Below, piece by piece: positions 61,083 through 64,000 of a stretch of DNA of 64,000 nucleotides. Position 1 is the first letter of the stretch; the number at the start of each line of letters is the position of its first letter. Position numbers and translations under genes: made by a program. The DNA lies in NCBI GenBank assembly GCA_040285855.1, contig JAUFOQ010000003.1:1240001-1304000 (forward strand), given 5' to 3'. The DNA is from Eukaryota sp. GEM-RC1. Taxonomy: Eukaryota. The notes below the pieces were generated by a model. It saw only the letters and a program-made list of their open reading frames with translations. It had not been told where the DNA came from and searched no databases.

Positions 61083-64000
61083 TGTTAGCCACAGGTGTTA
61101 GTGAAGTGTTACAAGATCATATTATTTTATTTATAAAGGACATGATCATTTGGCTACAAAGGGTAGGGAAAAGATGTTTATAAATAAAATAATATGATCT
61201 TGTAACACTTCACTAACACCTGTGGCTCTTCTCTCTTCTTTCGAGCTCCTAGTTCTCTTTGCTACAGGTGTCTTAACTTTGGAAGACGTCTTAGGAGTAC
61301 TCTTACTGCCGGAGGTACGTTTAAGCTTAGTGTTGTTATTACTAGACCTGTTTCTATTGTTACGAAATAAATCTAAATTGTCTAATTTTACAAAGTCACT
61401 ATACGCTTTGGTGTTCTTGATGTCCTTGATGGGAACTGACGAAGTATCACCACCAAACCAAAGTACAGTGCAGAATTCACCATCGGGTGTATCAAACCTA
61501 TCTAGGATCTTAACCACGATGTGTTCTTCAGAATCCCCAGAAGCAATTGCTCTGTGGAGATCATGATCAGCAGGCAGATCTGATTGAAAGATCTTACATT
61601 GATGAATGCTAGTCTTACTAACATATCCAGTGATCAGATTCTTTAATGAAACAGAAGATTTTGAATCAACTGAGACAACTAGAAAAGGTCCAGTGTAGTT
61701 TCCATGGAGCTTACTAGTTTTGGCGACCTTTAACACAAGATCTCCAATCTTAAATGATTGACTAGTGTTAAACTTCTTCTTAGGCTTGAGTACTGATTGA
61801 CGATCCTCTGCCTCTTCTCTTTTTTTTCGTTAAACGTTCTAGTTTCATTTTAATGTCGTCAATAAACGAAACATTCTTTGTTGATTTCTCAACAGCATCT
61901 AGTAAATCACTAGGATCTGCACCAGGACTTATGTCACTACCAAACATCAGTTCGTAAGGAGTATGCCCAGTTATTGAACTCTTTGTTGCGTTGATCTGCA
62001 ACTGTACAGTTGGAATGTACGTTGACCAATTGTCATAATCATTGAAGTCCACAAGGAGACGACGTAGGCTTTGCAGAACGTCTCTGTGACGTCGTTCCAC
62101 CAGTCCATTACTCTGGGAGAAATGAGGAATCGAACGACTTACTTCAATCGCCAGTAGGTTACATATTGCCTCGAAAATAGCATTGGCAAACTCCGTACCA
62201 TTATCACTATGGATACAAAACGGTATTCCAAAGATAGCAATCACATCCCACACAAGACGATATGCTACTTCTCTACTGTTAAGTTCTTCGAGGGGGCTCA
62301 AAATGGTGTATCTGGTGAAAGAATCTACAAACACCAATAGGAATTGGTTTCCATTTTGATCTTTTGGAAGTGGACCGATTGTGTCGACATTAAGTCTAGC
62401 AAAAGGTCTATCAGCCCATAGAGAACCCGTCGATTCAATTATCTTTTTAGGGATAGGTGCCGTTTTCTGACACGCAGGGCATTGCTGAACATGTTTTATC
62501 ATGTCAGCTTTCATACTCTGGCCAAAAGTAACCACTATTGAACAACATTTCCAAACTTCGTTTCTTGTTTGGGTGTCCTGACTGGACTAAGCCATGTAGC
62601 ATGTAAAGAACTTTCTTTATTAAGCTAGATGGAATCAAAATCTTGTTCTTTGAGTTCATGTATACATTACTCATTGTACACAAAGTTGAACCATTAAACA
62701 GTTGATCTCCTTGTTTTATCGCTTTAGATTGTTCTGACCTAATGGTGGATAACCAAGAGTCAAATAAAGGAAGTTTGTTGTCTGTTGAGAGATTACGAAG
62801 ACACTTGATAGCTAATACGTTGGAGTCACGTGGAAGCATCTCAACATAGTCTGCATCATCATAAAGTAAGCCTTCATGAGAAAGGGTTAAATCTTTTTGA
62901 TGGAAAGATTTGAGATCGTTAAAGATTTGATTGTTTCAACTGGGCGTCGGTCAATAACACGTGACAACATGTCAGCCCATTGATTGTTTGTACCAGCTAC
63001 ATGTACTATCTCAAAATCGAACTCTGAGAAAATTGGAATCCATCGTTTGACAATACGATTCTTTTCTGGAGCAGATATAAGATAAGCAAGGTTCCTATGA
63101 TCAGTAAAGATCGTCAAGTGCCTACTTAACAGAAAACCTTCTAAACTAGATTCTGTCAGAATCAAAAGAATGAACTTACCAGTTGATGGTACGGCCCATC
63201 CTTGTCGTATAAGTTCATTAAAAATTTCTTCGGCTATACGCTGTTTTTCAGGGTTAAGCCTTCTAGGAGGACGAAATACAGTGACACTTTCATCATAGAA
63301 TGGAATTGTCATGGGTGGACAATCAATACCATCAGGATGTATATCTTCTGAAAAGACTTGTTTGTATTTACTGAGTAGGCTCAGAAGCTCCGTTCTTCTT
63401 GTAGAATCATCATGAAGGACATTGTCAGGACGTTCATCTTCAGAGGATTGACTAAGATCGATGTGATTTTCAATCGATGGAGACAAATCAGGAAACTTGT
63501 TTGATTGTCTATCTCTTTCTGCTTTGGTTTTGTTGGCTTTAGCAATCAACTCGTTTCTATGTCGAATTTTCGGTTCTTGGAGTTCTTTTTCGACATGACT
63601 GTTGATTCTTGGTTCAAATCACGAGTGAAGTTCTCGGTCACACGGTAAACGTTTTCATGTTCTTCACTGGCAACAAACCGATCAACGTCTCCAAATTCTC
63701 CATCAAACTTTCTAGTTGAGAGAATATCACGTGAACCATCAGTGAAGCGGTCAACAGATTCTGGACGGAAAGGTTCACCAGGAACGTGAGCAGAAAGGCG
63801 AGCAGTTTGACGTAGCTCTTCAGGCTTGGGAAGAAGTGTACCAACTTCTCGTAAAGCACCATGAGCAACAGGAAGGACCTTTTGAGATCCGCCAATGCCA
63901 CTAAACTGTTGGACAACCACAGAACCTTCATCAGGAACAGCTAAGGTCGTGTTTGATGCTTCAAAGGTTGACTGTGGAAGGTTTTCATATCTATGACCAA
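61083..64000 (-). mobile_element. Ty3/gypsy LTR retrotransposon, internally deleted, running off the window
   Basis: RT N-terminus (PPRRLNPEK...ELIRQGWAVPS), RNase H end (TDHRNL...ADMLSR), integrase H2C2 (H..GH..CPACQK), core DTIGPLP / SDNGTEF / NGLVER, a GPF motif and a chromodomain-like tail. Confidence 0.92.
61087..61227. repeat. Perfect 51-bp inverted repeat (61087-61137 / 61177-61227) at the 3' end of the retroelement; putative short LTR
   Basis: The arms are exact reverse complements; there is a minus-strand polypurine tract at 61226-61242 and the element edge TGTTAG at 61083. Confidence 0.9.

Noticed and set aside
60709..61101. Cys-rich and Thr-rich ORFs (TKCC / TTFG repeats)
   Set aside because: They are by-products of the 15-bp minisatellite.
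63153..63179. Intron-like 27-mer GTAAGT...CTGACAG across the RT deletion junction (minus strand)
   Set aside because: Both halves translate as expected RT and RNase H sequence, so the match is probably coincidental; RNA-seq could test it.

Overview
Eukaryotic DNA from a flagellated protist with a very compact, AT-rich genome (28-32 nt introns, intergenic gaps as short as 37-55 bp, standard code). The assembly has scattered single-base indels, often in homopolymers, that split long genes. Host genes: two head-to-head half-size ABCA transporters, an inverted pair of small secreted Cys-rich genes, NAR1/CIAO3, a choline-transporter-like gene, CNOT4, axonemal dynein heavy chain (DNAH10 type), a possible gamma-tubulin complex subunit, PepD dipeptidase and an MMPL transporter. 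Between them lie hAT MITEs and a transposase remnant, CRE-like non-LTR remnants, a 15-bp minisatellite and an RT-deleted Ty3/gypsy element with a fold-back end. Two loci stand out. (1) 17989-23219: a structured 99-bp tandem array, then a 2A (DIESNPGP) leader, two Ulp1-type proteases and a PolB-type 3'-5' exonuclease fused in frame to a Fanzor (TnpB-like) protein that is truncated after RuvC-I. (2) 46467-51609 (-): a SAM-NUDIX-PARP-DEAH helicase-KH-nucleotidyltransferase multidomain protein. All assignments come from reading motifs by eye; no searches were run.
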